Shown: positions 8,843 to 18,512, counted from the stretch's first letter. The stretch: 56,267 nt of DNA from Candidatus Yanofskybacteria bacterium (GCA_016185525.1 JACPNK010000004.1:17712-73978), one strand, 5' to 3'. The notes: generated by a model not told the origin, from the letters alone. A program made the numbers and translations.

Positions 8843-9250
8843 TCAAGGTGTGGCTATTGACTGTTCGGCCGGAGTTTCAACAACAGACACTTCCTCAACC
8901 ATAACTTCTTTAATTTCCTTCGACGGAATCACAGCCTCGGTTTTCAACTTCGGCAATTCAGAGACTTCAGACTTCAACGGCTTACTTTTAGCTTTCCAAG
9001 CCTGGACTTTTTTACCCTCAATGACTTTTCTGCCAACTAACAGATTATGTGTTGTCGGCGAGGCTTGCGCACCTTTTGATAGCCAAGATAACACCCTTTC
9101 TTTATCTACATTAACCTTGTCTTCGTGAGGATTATATGTACCCAAAAGCTCCAAATATCTGCCTTTTGGTTTCTGGGTGTGTTCAGTGACAATTATTCTA
9201 AAATAGGCCTGACCCCTCTTGCCGATTCGCTGTAGTCTAATCTTTAGCAT
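8843..9250 (-). CDS. rpsP: 30S ribosomal protein S16
   Basis: MLKIRLQRIGKRGQAYFRI...LGTYNP...WLSKGAQAS. Confidence 0.98.
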   Translation of the reverse strand: MLKIRLQRIGKRGQAYFRIIVTEHTQKPKGRYLELLGTYNPHEDKVNVDKERVLSWLSKGAQASPTTHNLLVGRKVIEGKKVQAWKAKSKPLKSEVSELPKLKTEAVIPSKEIKEVMVEEVSVVETPAEQSIATP

Positions 9251-9306
9251 TGTTTCAAGAGATTATCATAAAAAACTTTTCTTTGCAACGTAAACAAAAA
9301 GAGAGG

Positions 9307-9474
9307 TTATTCCTCTCTCAACCTGCGGGCGGCTTCTTTAACTTCCTGTCTGGTCAGATTTGGTCTGGACAATTTAAGATTGCCGTATGCCCAACTTATT
9401 CTTTGCTCTTCCAATTCTTCTTCGGTCATCTTTATATTTTTAACTCTTTCAATAAGTCTTTCCAGATCGTCCAC
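9307..9474 (-). CDS. Small protein (55 aa) missed by the ORF track
   Basis: GTG start with AAGGAG SD 8 nt upstream. Translation: MDDLERLIERVKNIKMTEEELEEQRISWAYGNLKLSRPNLTRQEVKEAARRLREE. Confidence 0.7.
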   Translation of the reverse strand: MDDLERLIERVKNIKMTEEELEEQRISWAYGNLKLSRPNLTRQEVKEAARRLREE

Positions 9475-9571
9475 TGACTAGTCTCCTTACTAAAATATAA
9501 GTAACTTGAATGAATGTAGCATATTTTTAAAATTTTACCACCCCTTTTTATTCAACACCTTTAAATTAAAT

Positions 9572-9916
9572 TTAGTTCGTAGATTTCAGCATTTGTTCGA
9601 TAGCTCTTTTTAAAGTCGGTAAATCGTTTTGAACCGTTGACCAGACCACTACCGAATTGACGCCGAAATACTCATGGATTAATTTATTCCTCATATCAGA
9701 AATATCTCTCCAAAGTAGAGTTGAATTTGTTTTCTTAATTTCACCAGATAAACGACCCACAGCCTCGCCAATAATTTCAAATTGTCTAATAACAGCATCT
9801 CTTGTTATTTCATTATTTCTTCCCAAAAATTGCTCCTTATCCAAGCCTTTGGTATAAGTCTCAATTTTAGAAATAGCATCGAGTATGTGTTTCAGGTAAG
9901 CTTTATCTGGAGACAT
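9572..9916 (-). CDS. HepT-like (DUF86) HEPN ribonuclease toxin
   Basis: DAVIRQFEIIGEA, and the Rx4H motif RNKLIHEY. Confidence 0.93.
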   Translation of the reverse strand: MSPDKAYLKHILDAISKIETYTKGLDKEQFLGRNNEITRDAVIRQFEIIGEAVGRLSGEIKKTNSTLLWRDISDMRNKLIHEYFGVNSVVVWSTVQNDLPTLKRAIEQMLKSTN

Positions 9917-9923
9917 AAAATTA

Positions 9924-10211
9924 TCATTGATAGATTACTTTAATGTCCTTTGTTATGTATTCTTCAATGTATGGGCTAATTGCTTCTTGAGTCACTAAAT
10001 CTACTTTTTGTTTTAATGCTTCTGACAACTTTCGTTCCAGCGCAATATAACCAAACAATCCCGGTTCTTTATCTTTTTTAAATCTAACCAAGATATCTAA
10101 ATCGCTATCTGGCCGGTTATCGCCCCGAGCGCGCGAACCAAAGATAGCGGCATACTCAATGTCGTTTTCAGCAAAAATACTTTTGATTTTTTCTACCGCA
10201 TTTTCGTCCAT
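9924..10211 (-). CDS. MntA-like minimal nucleotidyltransferase antitoxin
   Basis: FGSRARGDNRPDSDLDILV and KVDLVT; lies upstream of the HEPN gene. Confidence 0.93.
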   Translation of the reverse strand: MDENAVEKIKSIFAENDIEYAAIFGSRARGDNRPDSDLDILVRFKKDKEPGLFGYIALERKLSEALKQKVDLVTQEAISPYIEEYITKDIKVIYQ

Positions 10212-10229
10212 AAAGTAATTATAACATAT

Positions 10230-10919
10230 TTACCACCCCTTCTTCTTCAACGCTTCTTCTGCGGCTACTTGTTGGGCTTCCTGCTTGCTTAAGCCTTCGC
10301 CTTTAGCAACAAGTTCATCGCCCAAGAAAACTCCGACGTCAAAATGGCGGGCATGGTCCGGTCCCCATTCTTTGAGAACTTCGTAAGTCGGGGTAATACC
10401 AACTCTATCTTGCGCTTCTTCCTGAAATAAACTTTTCGGGTCGCGATAGGCTTTTTGCTCAATTATTACCGGCAGTTCTTCAATAATAAACCTGTTTATA
10501 AACTCTTCGGCTTTTTTGTAGCCTTGGTCTAGATAAATCGCCCCAATCAGAGCCTCTATGGCATTGGCCAAAATATATTGCCGAGCACGGCCGACATCTT
10601 TAGCTTCGCCGCGAGAAAGCAGAATGTAGTCGTTTAGATTAAATTTCTCACAAATTTTTGCCAGTATCACCGCATTGACTATCGCCGCCCGCCAGTTAGT
10701 CAGCTCGCCTTCCGGGTTGGGATAGTTATTATAAAGATAATCCGTCACAACCAATTCCAAAACCGCGTCGCCTAAAAATTCCAGACGCTCGTTGTGGTCC
10801 AAATACCATTTGGTATTTTCGTTCAAATAAGAACGATGGGTGAGGGCTTGCAGAAGAAGGTCCTTGTTCTTAAAAGTAACACCTATTTTATTCTCGAATT
10901 CAGAGAGTTTTTCCTGCAC
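10230..10919 (-). CDS. rnc: Ribonuclease III
   Basis: ALTHRS, NERLEFLGDAVL, and dsRBD DPKSLFQE...GPDH. Confidence 0.98.
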   Translation of the reverse strand: MQEKLSEFENKIGVTFKNKDLLLQALTHRSYLNENTKWYLDHNERLEFLGDAVLELVVTDYLYNNYPNPEGELTNWRAAIVNAVILAKICEKFNLNDYILLSRGEAKDVGRARQYILANAIEALIGAIYLDQGYKKAEEFINRFIIEELPVIIEQKAYRDPKSLFQEEAQDRVGITPTYEVLKEWGPDHARHFDVGVFLGDELVAKGEGLSKQEAQQVAAEEALKKKGW

Positions 10920-10927
10920 TTGTTTAA

Positions 10928-11046
10928 AATGACAAATGACAAAAATTTAATGACTAATCAAATCCAAAGCTCAAATGACAAATTGGGTCTTTTGTCATTT
11001 GGATTTTGTCATTGAATTGTCATTAGTAATTTGGATTTTGTCATTA
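10928..11046. repeat. Inverted degenerate heptamer repeats (AATGACA/TGTCATT)
   Basis: Several AATGAC units followed by several GTCATT units fill the nusB-rnc spacer. Confidence 0.85.
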
Positions 11047-11550
11047 ATTATTTTTATTTTCCTGTTTCTCTTCTGTCACATTGTTTGCCACGTTGTCATC
11101 CTCTGAAGTTTTTACGTGGTCTTTCCCCGGCTCGCCTATTTCCCTGTATATCGTGCCCAAAACTCCGTTGACGAATTTACCCGAAGCGTCGCCGCCAAAG
11201 GTTTTGGCAAGTTCAATTGATTCGTTGATTGCCACTTTAGGCGGAACCTCATCACGATTACCGAAAAGCAACTCGTAAATACCAAGCCTTAAAACATTTC
11301 GGTCAACAATCGCAATTTGCTCCAGCGGCCACTGTGGCGCGGCTTTTTCAATTATTTTATCCAGTTCTTCTATCTTAGACAAAACTCCGTCAACCAAGTC
11401 GGAAACAAATTTTGTATCTTCTATGCCCGGACCGAATTCTTTTATATTTTTTTCAATAATTCCCGCCAGCATTTCATTATGCCTACCACGAAAGTCCCAC
11501 TCATAGAGAGACTGCATTGCGATACTTCTTGAAAGATGACGTGAAGCCAA
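11044..11550 (-). CDS. nusB: Transcription antitermination factor NusB
   Basis: [46 protein letters not shown]. Confidence 0.97.
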   Translation of the reverse strand: MASRHLSRSIAMQSLYEWDFRGRHNEMLAGIIEKNIKEFGPGIEDTKFVSDLVDGVLSKIEELDKIIEKAAPQWPLEQIAIVDRNVLRLGIYELLFGNRDEVPPKVAINESIELAKTFGGDASGKFVNGVLGTIYREIGEPGKDHVKTSEDDNVANNVTEEKQENKNN

Positions 11551-11553
11551 CTT

Positions 11554-11625
11554 GTCTAATGACTAAAGACTAACGACTAAAGCTAGAGTTTCTGGCCTTA
11601 GACTTTGGTCTTTAGACCTTAAGCT
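11554..11625. repeat. GACTAAA/TTTAGAC heptamer hairpin; gene-less copy of the four-helix-bundle flanks
   Basis: 11595-11625 matches the reverse complement of 27611-27641 at 30/31 nt. Confidence 0.9.
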
Positions 11626-11839
11626 ATCTCTTCTTGTGTTTCTCCTTCTTCTTCAATTCTTTAGCTAAAACATTTATTTTCTCCTCGCCTTTGTAAAATC
11701 CGCAAGACGGACAGACTGCGTGAGGCAGTTTTAGCTTACGGCACTGATTACAGGCAACAAGCCCTAACGGTTTTAGAGCCAAATGGCTTCTCCTTCTTCC
11801 TTTTTGTCCACGCGTAGAATGCGCTCTGGGAACTCCCAT
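11624..11839 (-). CDS. rpmF: 50S ribosomal protein L32
   Basis: MGVP...RRRSH...CNQC...PHAVCPSCGFYKG. Confidence 0.96.
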   Translation of the reverse strand: MGVPRAHSTRGQKGRRRSHLALKPLGLVACNQCRKLKLPHAVCPSCGFYKGEEKINVLAKELKKKEKHKKR

Positions 11840-11840
11840 A

Positions 11841-11921
11841 ATCTACTAATTACTAATCAAATACGAATACACTAATTAAGATTTTATTCGTAAATTCGTA
11901 ACGGATTCGTAATCAGTAGAT
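11841..11921. repeat. Inverted degenerate repeats (TACGAAT/ATTCGTA type) upstream of rpmF
   Basis: ATCTACTAATTACTAAT..TACGAAT...ATTCGTA x3...AGTAGAT. Confidence 0.75.
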
Positions 11922-12072
11922 AGATTAACACTTTTCAGAAAAATTTGCAAAAATACAACGCCCGCCTTAGTTGGCGGGCTTATCAAAAACATCTCTACTC
12001 AAACGGGAACTCGCAATGGTTCAATAGCTTGAAAACACCCAAAATCTTTAATCTTGTTAGGCAATAATAGTA

Positions 12073-14379
12073 TTATCTGTCCGGGTAACACTCCTTGCAG
12101 AGCTGATAGTTTTGGGAATCCGGTGATCCGACGAAAGAACAAGAAGGGACGCTGGAAAAACTAGCGCAAAGCTCCGGCGTTACTGGAATTTCAGACGGCG
12201 ATCCGCTGGGAGACGGCACCGGCAATTGAGAACCGACTGGCGGTTGCTCTCCGCCGCCCTTGGGCTGACACGACATAAACTTAGCTTGGACAGCCGGATC
12301 AGCTACGCCTTGCTGTTGCTCTCCGCCGCCGCCTAAGGAATTGAGACAGGCCTGAAATTCACCGCATGGTTTCGTGAGACACGCATCCATTTTTTCTTTT
12401 TGACAGGCCTGAAATTTTGCACTGATTGCCGGATCAGAAGCGCCTTCCCCTTGTTGGTCCCCGCCCTGTCCCCCACCGCCTGACTGCAGAGCTTTTAGAC
12501 AAACCTCGAACTCTGAACAGGAGAGCGCCAGACAGGCAGCCTGTTTTTCCTGAGCCATCTTGCTCCCACATTTTCTTTGCGCCACTTCCAAGGCGGGAGA
12601 TTTTGCTTCTGATTGTGTTATTTTTCCTGTCTTGAATCGCCCAAAAAATTCAGTGCCCAATTCTTTCTCCATGCAGGCAAGCCATTCCGGAGAAGCTTTA
12701 TCAAGCATTGCCATAAACTCACGCTGTTGCTCGATGTTTTTAAGATCTTCTTCGCTAAGCATCCCGTGTTCCTTGGCAAAGTTAAAGCAGGTGTCCTGAT
12801 TTTCTGGAAGTACACAGAATGCTTCACATTCAGTTTTACTCTTGCATCCGCCAGGACCAGACTGGATATTGAATTTTTTGGCCATTTCCGCGTCTTCCGC
12901 CGATATAAAACCGGCTTTTACCGCAAAGTCAACGCATTCGCCAGTATGCGTTTCGTCTTTGCAATAACTGTCGCACGCTTCTCTTGACCTGCAATTTCCC
13001 GGACCTTTACCATCGGTCTTTTTTACTATTTCAGCATCCTCTTGTGTCATAAAACCGGCTTTTACCGCAAAGTCAACGCATTCGTTGGTGTGAGTGTCAC
13101 TCTCGCAATATGCGTCGCACGATTTTTTTGTGGTGCATCCGCCGGGCAATTTCCCGCCACTCTTTAGATACGGCAGAATTTTGCTGACTGCTTCAGCGTC
13201 TTCTTTTGGTATAAATCCGGCCTTTTGGGCAAATTCCATACACTCAACCGCGTGAGTTGAATTTTCACAATAGGCAAGACAACTTTCTTTGGTTTTACAG
13301 TTTCCCGGAAACTGCACACCCGCCTTTTTGACATCGGCCATCTGACGTATTTCCTTTAACTCATCGGGACTGGCCAAACTAAATTTTTCGGCAAAACTGA
13401 CGCATTCCTCTATGCGGTCAATGTCTTCACAATAATTTCGACAGGAGGCCTCGTCCTTGCACTGACCAGGACCTTCCCCTTTTTGCATCGCCGCAACAAC
13501 GGCTTTTTTGTCATCGGGTATTTCTACCGTCAGATTATTTTTTTGAGCAAATGCGATGCATTTTGAATAATTGCTTGATATGCCGCAATAGGCTTTACAA
13601 TTTTGCTGGTCGGTACAATTCCCCAACTCTGTTACCGGGTATGTGACTGTGCTCAACGCTTGAGCTATTGGTGATTTTGTTGGCGTAGGAGATGCTGGGC
13701 ACTTCATCGGCTTGCTACCAAAGGCGCTGCCCCCGACTGATTGGGGTCCGCCCCCTCCTCCGTATACAATCACTTCTGGAGAAGCCTGCTTAGAATTTTG
13801 CTTGCAATAATCAATCAAAAGTTTTTCGTAAACCTCGCGTGTACAAACTTTTCGCAAATCCGCAATTGAATTTACTCCGGGCTGTCTCTTTTTTATATAA
13901 CCAACTCCGATATCTGGATCAAAAAATCCTGGCGCGCTTGCTTCGCCGCTACGAAGTCCGCACGCACCGGTTATTGCAGAAAGATCAGCGCCAAGAGCGT
14001 TGCAGTAAAAAATAAAACCACTGCCAAGAGCGCCGCTTGATCCAGTAGAACTAACTTTACCCGCCTCGTTATACGAAATCACTCCGGCAGAAACAGGCTG
14101 AGAATTTTGCTTGCAGTACTGCTGAAACAGTTCTTGATAAACCTCTTTTGTGCAAGTCGCTCTCAATTCAGCAATAGTGTTAATTCCGGGTTGTGTTTTT
14201 TTCGCGTATCCTACGCCGAGATCGGGAAGATTAAATGTAGGCGCATTGACAAAACTATTACGGACAACGCAGACGCCCGAAACCGTCGTTTGAGCAAAAA
14301 CGATATTAGAACTCGCAAACAAAGAAAAAATCAGAACCGGCAGGACGACAAAAAGATTTTTTTTGAAAAAAATGTCCAT
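12073..14379 (-). CDS. Secreted cysteine-rich repeat protein
   Basis: Signal peptide and about 6 repeats of ~48 aa, (G)PGxCKxxxxCxAYC...ECxxFAxKxG. A 36-bp identical DNA repeat occurs at 12905 and 13049. Confidence 0.85.
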   Translation of the reverse strand: MDIFFKKNLFVVLPVLIFSLFASSNIVFAQTTVSGVCVVRNSFVNAPTFNLPDLGVGYAKKTQPGINTIAELRATCTKEVYQELFQQYCKQNSQPVSAGVISYNEAGKVSSTGSSGALGSGFIFYCNALGADLSAITGACGLRSGEASAPGFFDPDIGVGYIKKRQPGVNSIADLRKVCTREVYEKLLIDYCKQNSKQASPEVIVYGGGGGPQSVGGSAFGSKPMKCPASPTPTKSPIAQALSTVTYPVTELGNCTDQQNCKAYCGISSNYSKCIAFAQKNNLTVEIPDDKKAVVAAMQKGEGPGQCKDEASCRNYCEDIDRIEECVSFAEKFSLASPDELKEIRQMADVKKAGVQFPGNCKTKESCLAYCENSTHAVECMEFAQKAGFIPKEDAEAVSKILPYLKSGGKLPGGCTTKKSCDAYCESDTHTNECVDFAVKAGFMTQEDAEIVKKTDGKGPGNCRSREACDSYCKDETHTGECVDFAVKAGFISAEDAEMAKKFNIQSGPGGCKSKTECEAFCVLPENQDTCFNFAKEHGMLSEEDLKNIEQQREFMAMLDKASPEWLACMEKELGTEFFGRFKTGKITQSEAKSPALEVAQRKCGSKMAQEKQAACLALSCSEFEVCLKALQSGGGGQGGDQQGEGASDPAISAKFQACQKEKMDACLTKPCGEFQACLNSLGGGGEQQQGVADPAVQAKFMSCQPKGGGEQPPVGSQLPVPSPSGSPSEIPVTPELCASFSSVPSCSFVGSPDSQNYQLCKECYPDR

Positions 14380-14622
14380 TTATTCAAAAGGGTTTTTATA
14401 GATTGTATCCAAGGGATTTTTCTGGTTTTTGAAGGGGTTAGTATTTGGTATCTGACCTTCAAGCGGACTCTGTGTCTTGTCAAAAATTTCGCCGCCCAAC
14501 GAAAAGCTTTTTTCTGAGGATGGGGCTTGCTTGCTCTTTGACCAGTACCAAAAAACACCGACGGCAACAATAATCGCAATAACGACAGAGGTGAGAATTA
14601 TCGGTTTTGATTTAAAATCCAT
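14380..14622 (-). CDS. Small single-TM hypothetical protein
   Basis: MDFKSKPIILTSVVIAIIVAVGVFWYW...YKNPFE; its stop abuts the next gene start. Confidence 0.7.
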   Translation of the reverse strand: MDFKSKPIILTSVVIAIIVAVGVFWYWSKSKQAPSSEKSFSLGGEIFDKTQSPLEGQIPNTNPFKNQKNPLDTIYKNPFE

Positions 14623-14857
14623 ATTATACTTTAACAATATCACATCCCACCAAGTTGAGAAATCCACAACTTCGTGAACTTGTCGGTGCCTGTCATGGTT
14701 ATCCACCCCGAAAGAAATTTTGGGTTGTGGATAAAGTTTTTCTTAGGACAAAGAAAAACTTAATAAAGTTAGCATTTATAAGCTGAAAAAATTTCTAACG
14801 GGGCAGGCAAAAACTGCTTGTTGTGGCAAAAACTGTGAATGCTAAAATAGAGTTACT

Positions 14858-17800
14858 ATGTCATCTCGCTTCACACATCTCCACACTCACTCTCATTACT
14901 CTCTCTTAGATGGACTCTCAAAGGTTGGGGAATTAGTTAAGAAAGCGAAAGAAACGGGAATGGACTCTATGGCAATCACCGACCACGGGGCGCTTTATGG
15001 CGCCATAGAATTTTATCAAAAGGCAAAAAAAACTGGAGTTAAACCAATAATAGGATGTGAGATGTATGTTACCGAAGACATGCGCAACAAACAGCCCTCA
15101 AGCGACAGAAGAGACTATTTCCACTTAGTGCTTTTGGCCAAAAACAACACTGGCTACCAAAATTTAATCAAACTTGTCACCGCTTCTCACCTTGAAGGCT
15201 TCTACTACAAGCCCCGCATAGACAAAAACCTTCTCCGCCAGCACAGCGAGGGACTGATCGCTCTTTCCGCCTGCCTAGGCGGAGAGCTGTCCCGAGCCAT
15301 ACTGGCAAACAAATACGACAAAGCCAAAAAAATCGCTTCGGAGTATTCGGAAATTTTCGGACCGGAAAACTATTATATTGAAATCCAGCAGCACGAGAAT
15401 ACTCCAGAACAAAAAACGGTTACCCCGCAGTTGGTGAAATTAGCGAAAGAACTCGGCCTGCCTTTGGTAGCCACCCAAGACTCGCACTATCTGAACAAAG
15501 AAGACGCTCACGCCCACGATGTTCTGCTGGCCGTGCAGACCGGCAACAAACTTGACGACCAAGACCGCCTGACCATGCGCCATGACAACTTCTCTTTGTG
15601 TACTCCCGAAGAAATGGCCGAAAAATTTAAAGAGTGGCCGGAGGCGATTGCAAACACACAAAAAATCTCTGACCAGTGCAACGTGGATCTTACTCTGGGT
15701 AAATTTATCTTTCCCGATTTCGCTCTTGAACCGGGAAAAACTGCTGACAAAATGCTTGACGAGCTGACTCTGAAAGGAATATTGGAAAAAGGCTTGAATA
15801 ATAGGCCTGAAGTTCAAGAAAGAAGACGCTATGAACTTGATATCATCAAAAGCAAAAATTACGCGCCGTATTTTCTCGTAGTCGCCGATTTGCTCCGTTT
15901 TGCCCACGAGTCAAAAATTTACACCACAGTCCGCGGTTCAGTCGCTGGCTCCCTTGTCGCCTATCTTTCGGGAATTACCAATGTAAATCCTCTTGATTTT
16001 CAACTTCCTTTTGAAAGATTTCTCAACCCATACCGGCCGTCAGCGCCCGATATTGATATGGATTTTGCCGACAACCGGCGGCAAGAAGTTATTGAATACG
16101 CCAAGAAAAAATACGGCGCTGACAAAGTCGCCCAAATCGGCACATTTGGCACCATGTTAGCTCGCGGAGCAGTGCGCGACGTAGCCCGAGCGCTCGGCAA
16201 ACCTTATGACGTCGGCGACCGGATCGCCAAACTTATTCCCATGGGCTCACAGGGTTTTCCCATGACTATAAAACATGCCATGGAAATTGAGCAAGAACTT
16301 AGAAAGATTTACGAAACAAACACAGAGGCCAGAGAAATATTAGATATTGCTAAAAAACTGGAAGGCACAGTTCGCCACGTATCAGTCCATGCCGCAGGCG
16401 TAGTCATAGCTCCCAAACCGCTGACCGATTACGTGCCGATACAATTTGACCCCAAAGGTGAAGACAACCTCATTACTCAATATGACATGTATACCGTCGG
16501 CGAAGACGGCGTCGGACTGACTAAACTTGATTTTTTGGGCATCCGAAATTTGGCCATTTTAGAAAATGCTGTACGGCTGGTTGAAGAACATCAAAACGTT
16601 AAAATTGATATTGAAAAAATTCCGCTTGACGACAAAAAAACATTCGCCATGCTTGCCAAAGGCGAGACCGAAGGCCTTTTTCAATTAAACGGCGACGGTA
16701 TGACCAAGCACATTATGGACTTAAAGCCGACGACCATACACGACATCAACGCCATGGTCGCTCTTTATCGTCCCGGACCTATAAACAACATCACAGAATA
16801 CATCGCCCGCAAGCAAGGACGAAGCAAGATTACATATTTTCACCCTAAAGCAGAAAAATTCCTTGCCAAATCATATGGTATCTTGGTTTACCAAGAAGAT
16901 CTGTTGTTTACTGCTTTGGAACTGGCCGGCTACAATTGGGAGTCAGTTGATAAGTTCAGAAAAGCGGTTGGCAAAAAAATTCCGGTTGAAATGGCTAAAC
17001 AGCACGAAATTTTTGTTGAAGGCTGCCAAAAACACAGCGCTATGAGCAAACAGCAAGCAGAACAAATATGGAATCTTTTTGAGCCGTTTCAGGGTTACGG
17101 CTTCAACAAAGCCCATGCCGCCTGTTACGGCCGAGTGGCTTACCAAACCGCCTATATGAAGGCTAATTTTCCAGCAGAATATATGTGCGCCGTTCTGACA
17201 GCAGAAGCCGGTGATACTGAAAAAATAGCCGAAGTCATTGATGAGTGCCAGCACATGAATATCCCGGTTTTACCGCCAGACATTAACAGCTCTTTCAAAG
17301 ACTTCACGGTTTTAAAACAAGCAGATGGCGACCAGATTAGATTTGGCCTCCTGACAATAAAAAATCTTGGCGAAGGAATCGCTGAAGCAATCATTGCTGA
17401 AAGAAAAACAGGCGGACCCTTCAAAACTATAGACGAACTGGTGCGCAGAGTAAAAAACAAAGACCTCAACAAAAAATCTCTGGAAAGTCTTATCAAGTGT
17501 GGGGCATTGGACAATTTGGGCGAAAGAAATTTATTTTTAAACAACGTTGACCAGCTTCTAGCTTACGCCCGAGACAGCCAGAAACAGCATGCCAGCGGAC
17601 AAACCAGCCTTTTTGGCGACCAGCTGAACGTTCCCCTGCCTCCGTTGCGTCTATCGTCCGCCAGCCCAGCCTCTTCAGCTGAAAAGTTGGTCTGGGAAAA
17701 AGAATTGCTTGGACTTTTCGTTTCCGGCCATCCGTTAAGAAACTACCAAACACAGCTGGCCTTAGAACAAGGCCTGACGGCAATCAGGGATATTGTAGAG

Positions 17801-18106
17801 GCAGTTCACCCCGTCAAATCCGGTCAGACCGGAACTGCAAAGCAGTTATTTGACGGGGTAAAAATCGGCGGCATAGTAACTAAAGTCCAAAAAATCGTAA
17901 CCAAAACCGGCAAGCCCATGCTTTTCTCATGGCTGGAAGATCTGACTTCAAAAATTGAAGTTGTTGTTTTCCCCGGTGTACTAGAAAAAAATCCCGCCGC
18001 TTGGCAGGAAAATTCCGTACTTGTAGTAAAAGGCAAAATCAACGAGCGAGACGGCTCCCCGAAAATTTTGTGTGACGAAGTCAAACTTTTAACATCACTT
18101 GCGTAA
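14858..18106 (+). CDS. dnaE: DNA polymerase III alpha subunit
   Basis: PHP domain HLHTHSHYSLLDG, RGSVAGSLVAY, PDIDMDF, YGFNKAHA, C-terminal OB fold. Confidence 0.99.
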   Translation: MSSRFTHLHTHSHYSLLDGLSKVGELVKKAKETGMDSMAITDHGALYGAIEFYQKAKKTGVKPIIGCEMYVTEDMRNKQPSSDRRDYFHLVLLAKNNTGYQNLIKLVTASHLEGFYYKPRIDKNLLRQHSEGLIALSACLGGELSRAILANKYDKAKKIASEYSEIFGPENYYIEIQQHENTPEQKTVTPQLVKLAKELGLPLVATQDSHYLNKEDAHAHDVLLAVQTGNKLDDQDRLTMRHDNFSLCTPEEMAEKFKEWPEAIANTQKISDQCNVDLTLGKFIFPDFALEPGKTADKMLDELTLKGILEKGLNNRPEVQERRRYELDIIKSKNYAPYFLVVADLLRFAHESKIYTTVRGSVAGSLVAYLSGITNVNPLDFQLPFERFLNPYRPSAPDIDMDFADNRRQEVIEYAKKKYGADKVAQIGTFGTMLARGAVRDVARALGKPYDVGDRIAKLIPMGSQGFPMTIKHAMEIEQELRKIYETNTEAREILDIAKKLEGTVRHVSVHAAGVVIAPKPLTDYVPIQFDPKGEDNLITQYDMYTVGEDGVGLTKLDFLGIRNLAILENAVRLVEEHQNVKIDIEKIPLDDKKTFAMLAKGETEGLFQLNGDGMTKHIMDLKPTTIHDINAMVALYRPGPINNITEYIARKQGRSKITYFHPKAEKFLAKSYGILVYQEDLLFTALELAGYNWESVDKFRKAVGKKIPVEMAKQHEIFVEGCQKHSAMSKQQAEQIWNLFEPFQGYGFNKAHAACYGRVAYQTAYMKANFPAEYMCAVLTAEAGDTEKIAEVIDECQHMNIPVLPPDINSSFKDFTVLKQADGDQIRFGLLTIKNLGEGIAEAIIAERKTGGPFKTIDELVRRVKNKDLNKKSLESLIKCGALDNLGERNLFLNNVDQLLAYARDSQKQHASGQTSLFGDQLNVPLPPLRLSSASPASSAEKLVWEKELLGLFVSGHPLRNYQTQLALEQGLTAIRDIVEAVHPVKSGQTGTAKQLFDGVKIGGIVTKVQKIVTKTGKPMLFSWLEDLTSKIEVVVFPGVLEKNPAAWQENSVLVVKGKINERDGSPKILCDEVKLLTSLA
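17805..17862. repeat. Branched palindromic element inserted in frame in dnaE
   Basis: ACCCCGTCAAAT...ATTTGACGGGGT encloses two small hairpins; translated as HPVKSGQTGTAKQLFDGV. Confidence 0.8.
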
Positions 18107-18512
18107 CTTCTTTTTCCGGCGTAAGCGCCCACACCTCCAGTCCCTTCAAGAGAAGCTGTAAACTTTCCTCACTGTAATTACTAAGAATAAACAAAGACTT
18201 TTGTTTGTCTCTTGCTCTTTCAAAATCTCTTACACTGCCTTTTGAATCTTCCCAGCCCGGAAGAACAATTATTCCGTCGCAAACTCTATCATATACAACA
18301 TCGTCTAAGGCGTAGTAATAATCCTCGCTCGCATTAGCCAGCTTCTCAAAGTTGGCTGTGTGATTGTGGAGACAAAAGAAACCTACCAGTTTTGAATCGG
18401 AAAAATAATTTGCAATTCTAATTGCAACATACAGCGCGTTAGCAATGTTGTGGTCAATAAGCCGTCTATTGCCGCCGCTAAAGTAAGGCCCGACAATCCC
18501 AACAACACGCAT
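18081..18512 (-). CDS. DUF4406/nucleoside-deoxyribosyltransferase-like fold protein
   Basis: VGIVGPY...CLH...CDGIIVLPGWEDSKGS. SD AAGGAG precedes ATG 18512. Confidence 0.7.
   Translation of the reverse strand: MRVVGIVGPYFSGGNRRLIDHNIANALYVAIRIANYFSDSKLVGFFCLHNHTANFEKLANASEDYYYALDDVVYDRVCDGIIVLPGWEDSKGSVRDFERARDKQKSLFILSNYSEESLQLLLKGLEVWALTPEKEVTQVMLKV

Noticed and set aside
10928-11921. Periodic repeats considered as a CRISPR array
   Set aside because: Units are 7-9 nt, degenerate and inverted, with no unique spacers and no cas genes in the window.
14640-14850. Replication origin
   Set aside because: Only about two DnaA-box-like motifs, no adjacent dnaA/dnaN and no clear unwinding element.
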